Source of the DNA: a virus
Length of the DNA stretch: 64,000 bases
IMG/VR virus record: IMGVR_UViG_3300021197_001442
Location: 1-64,000 of that record
Reading direction: 5' to 3' (one strand)
A program made the position numbers and the translations under genes. The notes under the pieces are model-generated. The model did not search any database. It was not told the origin of the DNA and was given only the letters and a program-made list of their open reading frames with translations. The stretch's first letter is position 1. Each line of letters begins with the position of its first letter. Positions 17,721 through 25,547 of the stretch are shown piece after piece.

Positions 17721-18926
17721 TTAATTCTTTATGCCTGCCAGCATCTTCATCCGATCCGTAAACGAATTGGAATCATTATCCTGGACTTTTCTTCTCGGTA
17801 ACATAGTGCTAGGTCTAGAGACTGCCTCACTCAGTGATTGCGGTCCTTCCTTACGGGAGGATCCCACTGCGTCTTGAAGAGTTTCATATAAAACCTTCGC
17901 TTCGTTTACCGAACCAGCACTAGAGAGAGCTTCGACAATTTTATTCTTTTGTCGCTCATTCAGGGAGGACTTCCTCAGAATACGGTTCGTATAAAGTAGT
18001 TTTGCGTTGGTAAGATTAACTTCGTCAAGCTTCTCCTTGAGAACGTCAACGACTTCCTTTAACTTAGCGTTAACAGTCTGGTGCTTCTCAAGTGACTCTT
18101 GTAAGCTCTGACCAACTTTCAATAATTCTTCTTTCTCTTCTTTGTACTTGTCGGACTGTGCCATAGCAGCAGCTAACTCTTCGTTGTGCTGCATCACGGA
18201 CTCAGGCGTTCCAGCCCAGCCGCTCTTAACTGGCATAATATCAACAACAAGACTTTCCACAATATCAGCGATATTGTCTTCTGTAATTTCTAGGGACTCT
18301 TTCTTTTCTTCTTTCCCTTCGCCCTCTTCGTCGTCGTCATCCTTGACGCCCCTGCCCTTAAGGATATCAGCTTGGGTGACTTTCCCGTCGCCAGTCAAAT
18401 CGGGGAATTTTTCGTTAAGCTCAAAAGCCTCTAGAATATCTTCATCAATTTCGACCTGCTCTTCATCCATGGGTTCAGGGGCAGATTCAGTCTCATCTTC
18501 CATTTCTTCTTCAAGAGCCTCAATATCACGAGTGATAGACTCTAGCATTGATTGAAGTTCGCCACGAGTAACGTCGATCTCGATCTCTTCCTCTAGCGAG
18601 CTATCATCATCAAGCTCAGTGACAACAGCGTAATCTATCTCCCCTAGCTCTTCTTCATTTCCGGCGACAAAAGTAGCTCCTGTCTCCGCGTCTTGTGGTT
18701 CCGGTGCAACACCAAGGCCACCAGGGGGTGCTCCAATATCAGCAGGAGGAGACCCAATATCCATAGGTAGGCCTAAGCCACCTTCTGGGTCCTGCTCAAG
18801 CAGTCTTGCAACAGTCTCTTCAATTTTAGGAGCGTATGCCTCAAGCAGAGAAGCCTCCGCATTTTTTAGAACGGCCTCTCTAAGGGCCTTAGCATCAACA
18901 ATGGCTTCGTCGAGTAATGATGACAT
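17721..18926 (-). CDS. Prohead core scaffolding protein (gp22-like); start revised to ATG 18926
   Basis: Acidic coiled-coil protein upstream of the MCP with many L/I-x-E sites; GAGGA SD before MSSLLDEA; ACTATTTA at 18959-18966. Confidence 0.75.
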   Translation of the reverse strand: MSSLLDEAIVDAKALREAVLKNAEASLLEAYAPKIEETVARLLEQDPEGGLGLPMDIGSPPADIGAPPGGLGVAPEPQDAETGATFVAGNEEELGEIDYAVVTELDDDSSLEEEIEIDVTRGELQSMLESITRDIEALEEEMEDETESAPEPMDEEQVEIDEDILEAFELNEKFPDLTGDGKVTQADILKGRGVKDDDDEEGEGKEEKKESLEITEDNIADIVESLVVDIMPVKSGWAGTPESVMQHNEELAAAMAQSDKYKEEKEELLKVGQSLQESLEKHQTVNAKLKEVVDVLKEKLDEVNLTNAKLLYTNRILRKSSLNERQKNKIVEALSSAGSVNEAKVLYETLQDAVGSSRKEGPQSLSEAVSRPSTMLPRRKVQDNDSNSFTDRMKMLAGIKN

Positions 18927-19004
18927 CAAATATAATCCTCGCAACAGTTATTCATCAATAAATAGTACTATAAAAGAGTAAATTCCTCTTTTACGTTACG
19001 TCTT

Positions 19005-19307
19005 TCAGTTTCCTTCCTTCTGACGTAACTTTTTAAGGGTCGCTTCTCTGCGTAATCTTTGTTTTCTTCTCTTTGTCGAGGGTTTCTCAAAGAAACGTCG
19101 CTTTTTATACTCGTCTGCGATCCCACTCTTCTTGATTTTACGAAGAAATCTTTTAATTGTTTTTTCTATCGGCTCGTTGCCTTTAGGTTCTACGGTAACA
19201 TGACTTGGCTTATTTCCCGTTGTGGGTAACTTTCTTGGTCTGTACTCATAGTCTCTCTTGTCTCTGCGTGAATAGCCACTATGATGACTATTTTTTCTAT
19301 AACCCAT
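19005..19307 (-). CDS. rpsU: Phage-encoded 30S ribosomal protein bS21 with basic N-terminal extension
   Basis: VTV...NEPIEKTIKRFLRKIKKSGIADEYKKRRFFEKPSTKRRK matches the bS21 pattern (E.IE.ALKRF.RK..K.GI..E.R.R..YEKPS.KR). Confidence 0.9.
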   Translation of the reverse strand: MGYRKNSHHSGYSRRDKRDYEYRPRKLPTTGNKPSHVTVEPKGNEPIEKTIKRFLRKIKKSGIADEYKKRRFFEKPSTKRRKQRLRREATLKKLRQKEGN

Positions 19308-19315
19308 TATATCCT

Positions 19316-19777
19316 CTAGCTTATCTTATCGACACCGACAGTGTCTTCCCAAGAGCCCGATGGAACTCTGGCGGCTTTGACGTTAGTAATACCAGCAATG
19401 ATAGAAACTTTTGGCTGTGTAGAACCATCACTCATAATATAAACTTGAGAAATTCTATAGTCTGCTGAGAATGATGAACTTGCGTTAATTAATATATAAT
19501 TAAAGTTTGGAGCGTGAAGACCGCCAGAAGCGAAAGCCAACCTTATTTTAGAGTCTGCGATAGCGTCATGTTCCTCGTTACGAACAATAATAAACTTAGT
19601 GACACCTGGGAATTCAATTTTTGTTCCGCCACCCATGGTAGCACCAGACGCTTCAACTAGGACAGATGCAGTCGCAAAAGGCCTACAGCTTACTTGGTAA
19701 CTTCCTACGTGATTGAACCCTGGTTCGTGATAACCAAATATGGGCTGTCCTGTTTTGGCGTCTGTATTACTAGCCAT
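19316..19777 (-). CDS. Hypothetical virion-associated protein
   Basis: GFNHVGSYQVSCRPF; GGAG SD; ACTATTTA at 19802-19809 heads this unit, which continues into bS21. Confidence 0.6.
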   Translation of the reverse strand: MASNTDAKTGQPIFGYHEPGFNHVGSYQVSCRPFATASVLVEASGATMGGGTKIEFPGVTKFIIVRNEEHDAIADSKIRLAFASGGLHAPNFNYILINASSSFSADYRISQVYIMSDGSTQPKVSIIAGITNVKAARVPSGSWEDTVGVDKIS

Positions 19778-19818
19778 TTATAAACTCCAATTAACTATAA
19801 CTAAATAGTCATTAAAAA

Positions 19819-19947
19819 TTAAAACTCTCTAAAACCATTCCCAACTGTTTTCCCGCCTGTGGTTACAATAATATTTTTACTAGCAAAGCCTCTGCTGGGA
19901 GACCCTTGTGTTCTTCTGACACTATCGTCTCTTGCTACCATTGCCAT
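19819..19947 (-). CDS. Unannotated 42-aa ORF
   Basis: GGAGG SD then MAMVARDDSVRRTQGSPSRGFASKNIIVTTGGKTVGNGFREF*; fills an otherwise empty gap. Confidence 0.65.
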   Translation of the reverse strand: MAMVARDDSVRRTQGSPSRGFASKNIIVTTGGKTVGNGFREF

Positions 19948-20001
19948 TAGTTAACTTCCTCCGTGAAGAATACAATCGAGTGGTATGCTTGATACAAAAA
20001 A

Positions 20002-20772
20002 CTAATTGCCAAACCCTGAATTTGTTCCCCCAAAGGTGTTGCCGGCACAAAAACCTGCACTGGCAACTCCTCCTGCGTCTCTACCACCTGTGTTTTTCAG
20101 GTTATTTATGACACGATAAAAAATATTTAGTCTCGCCTGCAGTCCTTCCAAAAGAAAACCGCCGTCTTGGGCACCGGGTGGGGTAAACCAAACTCGATTT
20201 ACCCCTGAAACGCCTGACGCGTCATCTAGGAAGTCTAGTTCGTTTCTTAAACCTAAATACAAAATCCCCCTGTTGTTAATGGCGCTAGCTAAATGATTCA
20301 ATAAGTTAGGATTATCAAACTGCACTATCGCACTACGAGCGCCCGGCGTCGTGCTGAATGCTTGAGCGCTTGTGTGAGAATTACTATCGTATCTTGCCAA
20401 ATCATAATCAGTTGCTGCAATATTAACTTCGTCTGCATTTGTTGGATTAGTGATGGCGGCAATTCTTAATTTGTTTCCATTGGTGTCTGCGGCGCTGGCA
20501 TTGATATTACCAATATGTAAGTGTGCCCTCACAATTCTAATATGCCCAGGGAGGCCGGCAGCTCTAAGGTCGTAGGCCAATACACCACGGGATATAACAT
20601 AGTTTGAGCCTGATTTTCGAGCCTGAGTGTGCCGGTTACCGGTGTTAAGTGCGCCCACCGAGACTTGGCCCGAGCCGTTGCGGGCATGGGTTTCATCCCA
20701 ATCGCTGGTAGCAGCAGACACAACAGCCCGTTGTTCAGTATCGCCTGGGGCTGCTATGACTCTTGCCGGCAT
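20002..20772 (-). CDS. Hypothetical protein, DNRLRE-like beta-sandwich
   Basis: ISRGVLAYDLRAAGLPGHIRIVRAHLHI resembles the DNRLRE R.LL.FDLS.IP..A.I..A.L pattern. Confidence 0.4.
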   Translation of the reverse strand: MPARVIAAPGDTEQRAVVSAATSDWDETHARNGSGQVSVGALNTGNRHTQARKSGSNYVISRGVLAYDLRAAGLPGHIRIVRAHLHIGNINASAADTNGNKLRIAAITNPTNADEVNIAATDYDLARYDSNSHTSAQAFSTTPGARSAIVQFDNPNLLNHLASAINNRGILYLGLRNELDFLDDASGVSGVNRVWFTPPGAQDGGFLLEGLQARLNIFYRVINNLKNTGGRDAGGVASAGFCAGNTFGGTNSGFGN

Positions 20773-20773
20773 T

Positions 20774-21181
20774 TTAAATCATATCCTTCCAGCGGTTGCC
20801 GCCAACTGCCATAATTCCAGAGATATCAATACCAGCATCACTAGGATCCGTGCCATTCATGGGGTTAGCCATTTGTGTTTGTGATGCTTGCCCTGGTGCT
20901 GGGGTTGTGCCTTCAAAAAGGTCAATACCACCATAAGCATCAGAGCCAATCGCACTCATCAAATTCTTCTTATGCTCCGATAGTCTTTGATTGACAGACT
21001 TTGTCGGAGCGGGGGTAGGCTTAGGGGGTTGTGGTTTCTTCTGCTCTACAATCGGTGCAGTACCAAGACCCTTTGTTACTTCCACAATAACATTAGAAAG
21101 AACGCCACCCTCAAGTAGGCTCTCCTTAATACACTCCTTAATCAAAGGTTTTAATAGTGCTTTTAACTCTGACTTGTTCAT
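20774..21181 (-). CDS. Hypothetical prohead-associated protein
   Basis: MNKSELKALLKPLIKECIKESLLE leader; ends RWKDMI; directly after the protease. Confidence 0.6.
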   Translation of the reverse strand: MNKSELKALLKPLIKECIKESLLEGGVLSNVIVEVTKGLGTAPIVEQKKPQPPKPTPAPTKSVNQRLSEHKKNLMSAIGSDAYGGIDLFEGTTPAPGQASQTQMANPMNGTDPSDAGIDISGIMAVGGNRWKDMI

Positions 21182-21182
21182 A

Positions 21183-21812
21183 TTATTTTCTTAATACCTC
21201 ATTCATTAACATGTGTAAACTCGTAGCTTTGTTCTGCTCACCGAGAGATATACTCATCGCTGGGCTTTTGTTATACCCACCGGTAACCGGGCGTATGAAA
21301 GCTCCAGGTGCAGATGGGTCTGATACCACATCAAAGCAAATTAAATTAAAATCATCCTCTACAATAACGTGCTTGCCTTTATTCCTGACAGAACCAAGGC
21401 CTCTAGAGGAGATGCCTATACCACATGCAGACTCTGCTAATGCTTTGAGCGTTCTGCCAGAAGGCGTGTTTAGTACCTCTAGCTTGCCCATAACATTATT
21501 ACCTTCCCACCAAACCTCCGTGATTAAGTGAGAACAATTCTTCAACTCAACCACGGAGGTGTCTGGATGGTCTAACTCACCAAGCGCTCTACGAGACTCG
21601 ATAAGCCTTTCATAGTTTTTCATTTCTCTTGCGAGTATATGCTTAGGGTAAATTCTTCCATTACCGTTCGGTTCTTCAGCAACCTGAATCTTCCCGGTCA
21701 TGTAAAAGGTTTTACCTTCGGACATTCTTTTTTTCTCACTCTCTGTTAGGTAATCGGGACAAACTCCACCATCACAAAGAGCAAAGTATTCTGTTAATAA
21801 CTTTTTAGACAT
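21183..21812 (-). CDS. Prohead core protease (T4 gp21-like)
   Basis: NGNGRIYP, ALGELDHP, LNTPSG, GISSRGLGS, FDVVSDPS motifs. Confidence 0.95.
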   Translation of the reverse strand: MSKKLLTEYFALCDGGVCPDYLTESEKKRMSEGKTFYMTGKIQVAEEPNGNGRIYPKHILAREMKNYERLIESRRALGELDHPDTSVVELKNCSHLITEVWWEGNNVMGKLEVLNTPSGRTLKALAESACGIGISSRGLGSVRNKGKHVIVEDDFNLICFDVVSDPSAPGAFIRPVTGGYNKSPAMSISLGEQNKATSLHMLMNEVLRK

Positions 21813-21834
21813 AATGAAAAACCCCTTTAATGAA

Positions 21835-21911
21835 ACGACCTGCGGGCGCTACCCGCCCGAGTTACGACCCGGAACAGCAGCGTGCGACAGGTCGTAGGTA
21901 CCAGCTACGAC
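21835..21911 (-). ncRNA. Candidate multi-branch cis-regulatory RNA upstream of the prohead protease
   Basis: GC-rich: ACGACCU/AGGUCGU closing stem, CCGGGU-CGUA-ACUCGG and GCGGGU-AGC-GCCCGC hairpins, and an alternative GUCGUAG/CUACGAC stem. Confidence 0.45.
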
Positions 21912-21936
21912 TTGAGATGTTGCACTGTAGTGACAT
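21862..21936 (-). CDS. Unannotated 24-aa Cys-rich peptide overlapping the end of the upstream gene
   Basis: GGGGGTGA SD then MSLQCNISSRSWYLRPVARCCSGS*; ACTATTTA at 22036-22043, 100 nt upstream. Confidence 0.55.
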   Translation of the reverse strand: MSLQCNISSRSWYLRPVARCCSGS

Positions 21937-22234
21937 ATCTCACCCCCTTTTCTTGGATTAACATGCTCAACATGAATGCAGTCCCTGAACTAACGCAAGC
22001 ACAAATTAAAAAGTTCGCTAGCGTGTAGTCAAAAGTAAATAGTTCCGTCCACCGGTTAATCAAAAATAAAAACCACCCAACATGAAAACCCATGCAAAGT
22101 GAGCAGTGGAACAACTTACCAAACCCTCCCAGCCAATCACGGCTAGGCCTTATCTTATTAAAAATACTTGCATATACAATGCCAAACGTCATACCATAAG
22201 ACGCTAGCACAAACCATAACAAATCCATTATCAC
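21905..22234 (-). CDS. Small membrane protein with CxxC (DUF1360-like)
   Basis: Three hydrophobic segments; LFHCSLCMGFHVG. Confidence 0.55.
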   Translation of the reverse strand: MIMDLLWFVLASYGMTFGIVYASIFNKIRPSRDWLGGFGKLFHCSLCMGFHVGWFLFLINRWTELFTFDYTLANFLICACVSSGTAFMLSMLIQEKGVRYVTTVQHLKS

Positions 22235-22806
22235 TCCTGATTCTCTAAAATATAACTCATCCAGTAAGGGCTTCTGTAGTAGCCTGGGACAATCGAGCCC
22301 TTCTGCTTGTCTTGAGGCACTTCGCCTAGCTCTGTTGACTCTTCGCCATCCGGCTCTATCAAACGGTCTCTCATCATGTCCTCGTAATCCTCACCATACT
22401 CAAAGTATGGACGCTCAGATTCTATCCACTTTGCAATCGATAACATGATCAACTTGATAGGAATCTCAAGATTGGTTTCTGGTATAGCTACCTCAAATGA
22501 ATCAAGTGTGCTTCCACCTTGCACCGAGTCAATGCTAATAACACCCTTCTTAGCTAAGTACTTAAACATTCGATCAGATGCGCCATATGCAATATCCCCG
22601 TTGACATTGTCTTTTTTGAAGGTTACAACCTTCTTTTGCTCCGGACGTAATATTATATCGATATCATCATGGTCAAAAATTATAATGTTTCCGTCTAGTG
22701 TCTTTTTCGCTTTAAGCTTAAAGGATGCCAAGACTTCATCTTGGTCAACAACCTTGACCGTTAACCTCTTCCGAGACGGGGTAAATGATATCTTTACACT
22801 AGGCAT
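22231..22806 (-). CDS. Hypothetical protein (head module)
   Basis: 191-aa ORF tightly packed within the head operon. Confidence 0.7.
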   Translation of the reverse strand: MPSVKISFTPSRKRLTVKVVDQDEVLASFKLKAKKTLDGNIIIFDHDDIDIILRPEQKKVVTFKKDNVNGDIAYGASDRMFKYLAKKGVISIDSVQGGSTLDSFEVAIPETNLEIPIKLIMLSIAKWIESERPYFEYGEDYEDMMRDRLIEPDGEESTELGEVPQDKQKGSIVPGYYRSPYWMSYILENQE

Positions 22807-22807
22807 T

Positions 22808-23614
22808 TTACGCCTCCACGGCCAAAGCTTGCAGCTTAAGGATTGTCTTGATCATATCATCATTGATCTTTTGTTCTTTAAAGCTGTTAAGAACACCGAG
22901 TATCTGCCTGTTCTTGTTGCTTAGTGACTCGTCAAGCAACACTTCTTTCTTGTTCTGGAGTTTCTTGACGACCTCTTTGAGCCTATAGATCTCATCGTTT
23001 ATATACAGTTTGAACTCAATCGCATTCTCAGGGGACAGAGTAACATAACGTGATAATAAATACTTTTGACTCTCATTAAGAGAATTTCCGTATTTGTCGT
23101 TAAACTTCTTAACAAACATCTTATATGTAAGATTGTCGATTGGCCTCATAGCCTGTCGCTCATTGGGAGATGTTGTCATTTGATCAACTAGGTTATCCTC
23201 AAGGATAACCCTTTTTGTTATTGGGGTCTTACTGCTAAACATCTGTGATATTGTAGCAAGTGTCTTATAATTAGAAACGAAGTTGGCGTATACTTGCTTA
23301 GAGAGGTCTGTGTTTATCTTCTTAATTACATGTGATTGTTCATCAAAAATATCTGCTTCTCCGAGGGTGTGATACACCCGCTTTACTTCCTGTAGAATCT
23401 TTTCAGCTGTGCGGCGCTCAACATTGCGGACTTCACATAATGTCTTGTATAAACTTAATTCTCTGTGCAGGAGGGAGTTGACATGGAAATGTTCCTTAAG
23501 AATCAACGTAATAGCACCTTTAGCCTGTTCGTCTGACTGAATGGCTGCCTTGGTCATTTCTTTTACCAAAGACTCATATAAAAATGCGGTGTTTCTCTTT
23601 TTATTATGTTTCAT
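22808..23614 (-). CDS. Hypothetical helical protein downstream of the portal
   Basis: MKHNKKRNTAFLYE N-terminus; overlaps the portal end. Confidence 0.7.
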   Translation of the reverse strand: MKHNKKRNTAFLYESLVKEMTKAAIQSDEQAKGAITLILKEHFHVNSLLHRELSLYKTLCEVRNVERRTAEKILQEVKRVYHTLGEADIFDEQSHVIKKINTDLSKQVYANFVSNYKTLATISQMFSSKTPITKRVILEDNLVDQMTTSPNERQAMRPIDNLTYKMFVKKFNDKYGNSLNESQKYLLSRYVTLSPENAIEFKLYINDEIYRLKEVVKKLQNKKEVLLDESLSNKNRQILGVLNSFKEQKINDDMIKTILKLQALAVEA

Positions 23615-25544
23615 CTGATTTGGACTCCATGCTGTTTAAGTTTTCTATCAAAGCTTGTGTTTCGTAATTGATAGAGAATATTCTTTCTTCCTCTTCTTCA
23701 TAATTAGAAAGCTGCTCTGTGTAAATGCCTTTTGAAAGAAGATCTCGATCTTGCTTGCCTGGGAACTTTGATCTGCTGGTTCTTCCGCGCATCGCCTCAG
23801 GCGTTGAAATACCTATATATGACTTAAGCTTGCCAGCAGTCTCCCTACCATCTCTCTTGCCAGGTGTTGCTAGTAGCGGGCTAGTTTCTCCGCCAGCATC
23901 ACCACCTGCTGTTGGTGCTTCAGTAGCAGGTGCCTCTCCCTCTGCCCCTGGTAAGGCAGCGGTGGGCTCTTCTGCACCAGGTAAGTCTGCGCCAGCCTCA
24001 AACCCGCCAGGCATTTCCGGTAAACCTCCGCCGCCTGCGTCTGGTAGACCCATAGCCCCACCGGCACTCGCGGCAGCCATTTGCCCAGCCGCCTCACCAA
24101 CAGCATTAAGCTCGGCCTCGTACTTACGGTCATAGTACATCTCACGCTTGTTACGCAAGAACTCTTCTTCTGAAATACCGAATAGGTGCTCTGCAACCCA
24201 GCGCTTGCTAAAGAAGCCTTCCGTAGCGTTTGTGGCGATGGAGAACTTTTGATTCCAGTGTTCCAGTTCTTGAATCTCTGCGATCTTAGAAGGGTTATTT
24301 AGAGTCAGAGAAAAATTAACCAAGTCGTCTCCACGGAACCCAAGGGTGTGCAGATGAACTATACCAATCTTTTCTAATTCTGTTATCAGAGATCTCTGAA
24401 GCCTTTGTACTGTTCGGGCAAACCGAATATCTTTCGTAGCTAGAGTTGTTTTATCCTCTGTCCCTTCAACCCCTTGTGTAAGGTACGCTGCTGGAACTTT
24501 CAAAGCGGAAAACAATTTATCTCTTAAATATTTAACGTCATCAATATCGTGGTTTCTTTCTTGCCCGCCAACTTGCTCAATGGAAGCAAACTTTGTTCCT
24601 CCACGAACAGGAATATAATAATCTTCCTCAATACTCATCGGGTTGTAACGAAGATCAACACGCCCTGTGTCCTTGTTGACAACCGAGTTTCGCTTCATAG
24701 ATGTGATGACACGCTGCATGTACTGTTCAACATCCTGCGGTGGAATGTTACCAACGTCAACGTAGAAAGCTTTTCTAGCCGGGGCTCTAACAATACGGTA
24801 GGCCATCATCGCGTCTTCCATTAGAGTCAACTGCCTCCAGATTCGACGAGCAGGCTCTAATACGGAAGTGCCATAAGGGTGATACTTATCATTTCCAAGA
24901 ACTCTGAAGTGGGCCATCTGCCAATTTTCGAAAGTCATGCCAGCTGAGTTCCACTGGAACTGGATGTAGTTTGGATTTGTTTTGTCTTCACCCTCTAAGC
25001 GTTCAACTTCATTAGGTGGAAGACCAATCGCATGACGAACGCCATAGGTTTCGTCAACATCAAGATACAAGAAAAAGTCTCCGTACTTACACATTGTCCG
25101 AGCCCAGCCAAACAGGTTGAACCTGACGTTAAGAATGTCATTATAGACAGAATCCAATATGGCCTTGATCTCTTCGTTAGGACACTTGATATGGAGCATC
25201 GGTGCCAAGGGAGAGGAAGTCGTCATCTCATCAGCGTAGATATCCAAAGCACTTGCAATTTCAGGCATGTACTCCATCTGGTCAGAATCAACATACCTCT
25301 CCGTGCGGTTTTGGTTAGCCATATAGTTTGAGTTCATAGATTCAAACGGGTTGTAGTGCGCTCGCTTAAACTCCTGTCCACTTGCCGACTTGAACATGTG
25401 GCCATACTTATCAAGCTGCTGCTTTCTTATTCTTCTACCTGTCTGTGTCCTCCGACTAACCAGCGGTCCAGAGAATAATTTAGTCAGTCTCTTGTATAGG
25501 TCAGACGTTGGATTTCTAGGATTTTTCTTATTTTCTTCGGCCAT
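23604..25544 (-). CDS. Portal protein (T4 gp20-like)
   Basis: PEIASALDIYADE, RQLTLMEDAMMAYRIVRAPARKAFYVDVGN, EDYYIPVRGG, DVKYLRDKLFSALKVP; long Gly/Ala/Pro/Glu tail. Confidence 0.95.
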   Translation of the reverse strand: MAEENKKNPRNPTSDLYKRLTKLFSGPLVSRRTQTGRRIRKQQLDKYGHMFKSASGQEFKRAHYNPFESMNSNYMANQNRTERYVDSDQMEYMPEIASALDIYADEMTTSSPLAPMLHIKCPNEEIKAILDSVYNDILNVRFNLFGWARTMCKYGDFFLYLDVDETYGVRHAIGLPPNEVERLEGEDKTNPNYIQFQWNSAGMTFENWQMAHFRVLGNDKYHPYGTSVLEPARRIWRQLTLMEDAMMAYRIVRAPARKAFYVDVGNIPPQDVEQYMQRVITSMKRNSVVNKDTGRVDLRYNPMSIEEDYYIPVRGGTKFASIEQVGGQERNHDIDDVKYLRDKLFSALKVPAAYLTQGVEGTEDKTTLATKDIRFARTVQRLQRSLITELEKIGIVHLHTLGFRGDDLVNFSLTLNNPSKIAEIQELEHWNQKFSIATNATEGFFSKRWVAEHLFGISEEEFLRNKREMYYDRKYEAELNAVGEAAGQMAAASAGGAMGLPDAGGGGLPEMPGGFEAGADLPGAEEPTAALPGAEGEAPATEAPTAGGDAGGETSPLLATPGKRDGRETAGKLKSYIGISTPEAMRGRTSRSKFPGKQDRDLLSKGIYTEQLSNYEEEEERIFSINYETQALIENLNSMESKSDET

Positions 25545-25547
25545 TTA

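Noticed and set aside
18927-18944. Track start of the scaffold ORF at 18944 (likewise 27722 and 28699 for two other genes)
   Set aside because: Downstream ATGs (18926, 27683, 28687) fit better on SD, stop-start overlap or signal-peptide grounds
21835-21895. Cloverleaf-like fold as a tRNA
   Set aside because: About 60 nt, with no TTC T-loop, no 7-nt anticodon loop and no CCA; kept only as a candidate cis-element
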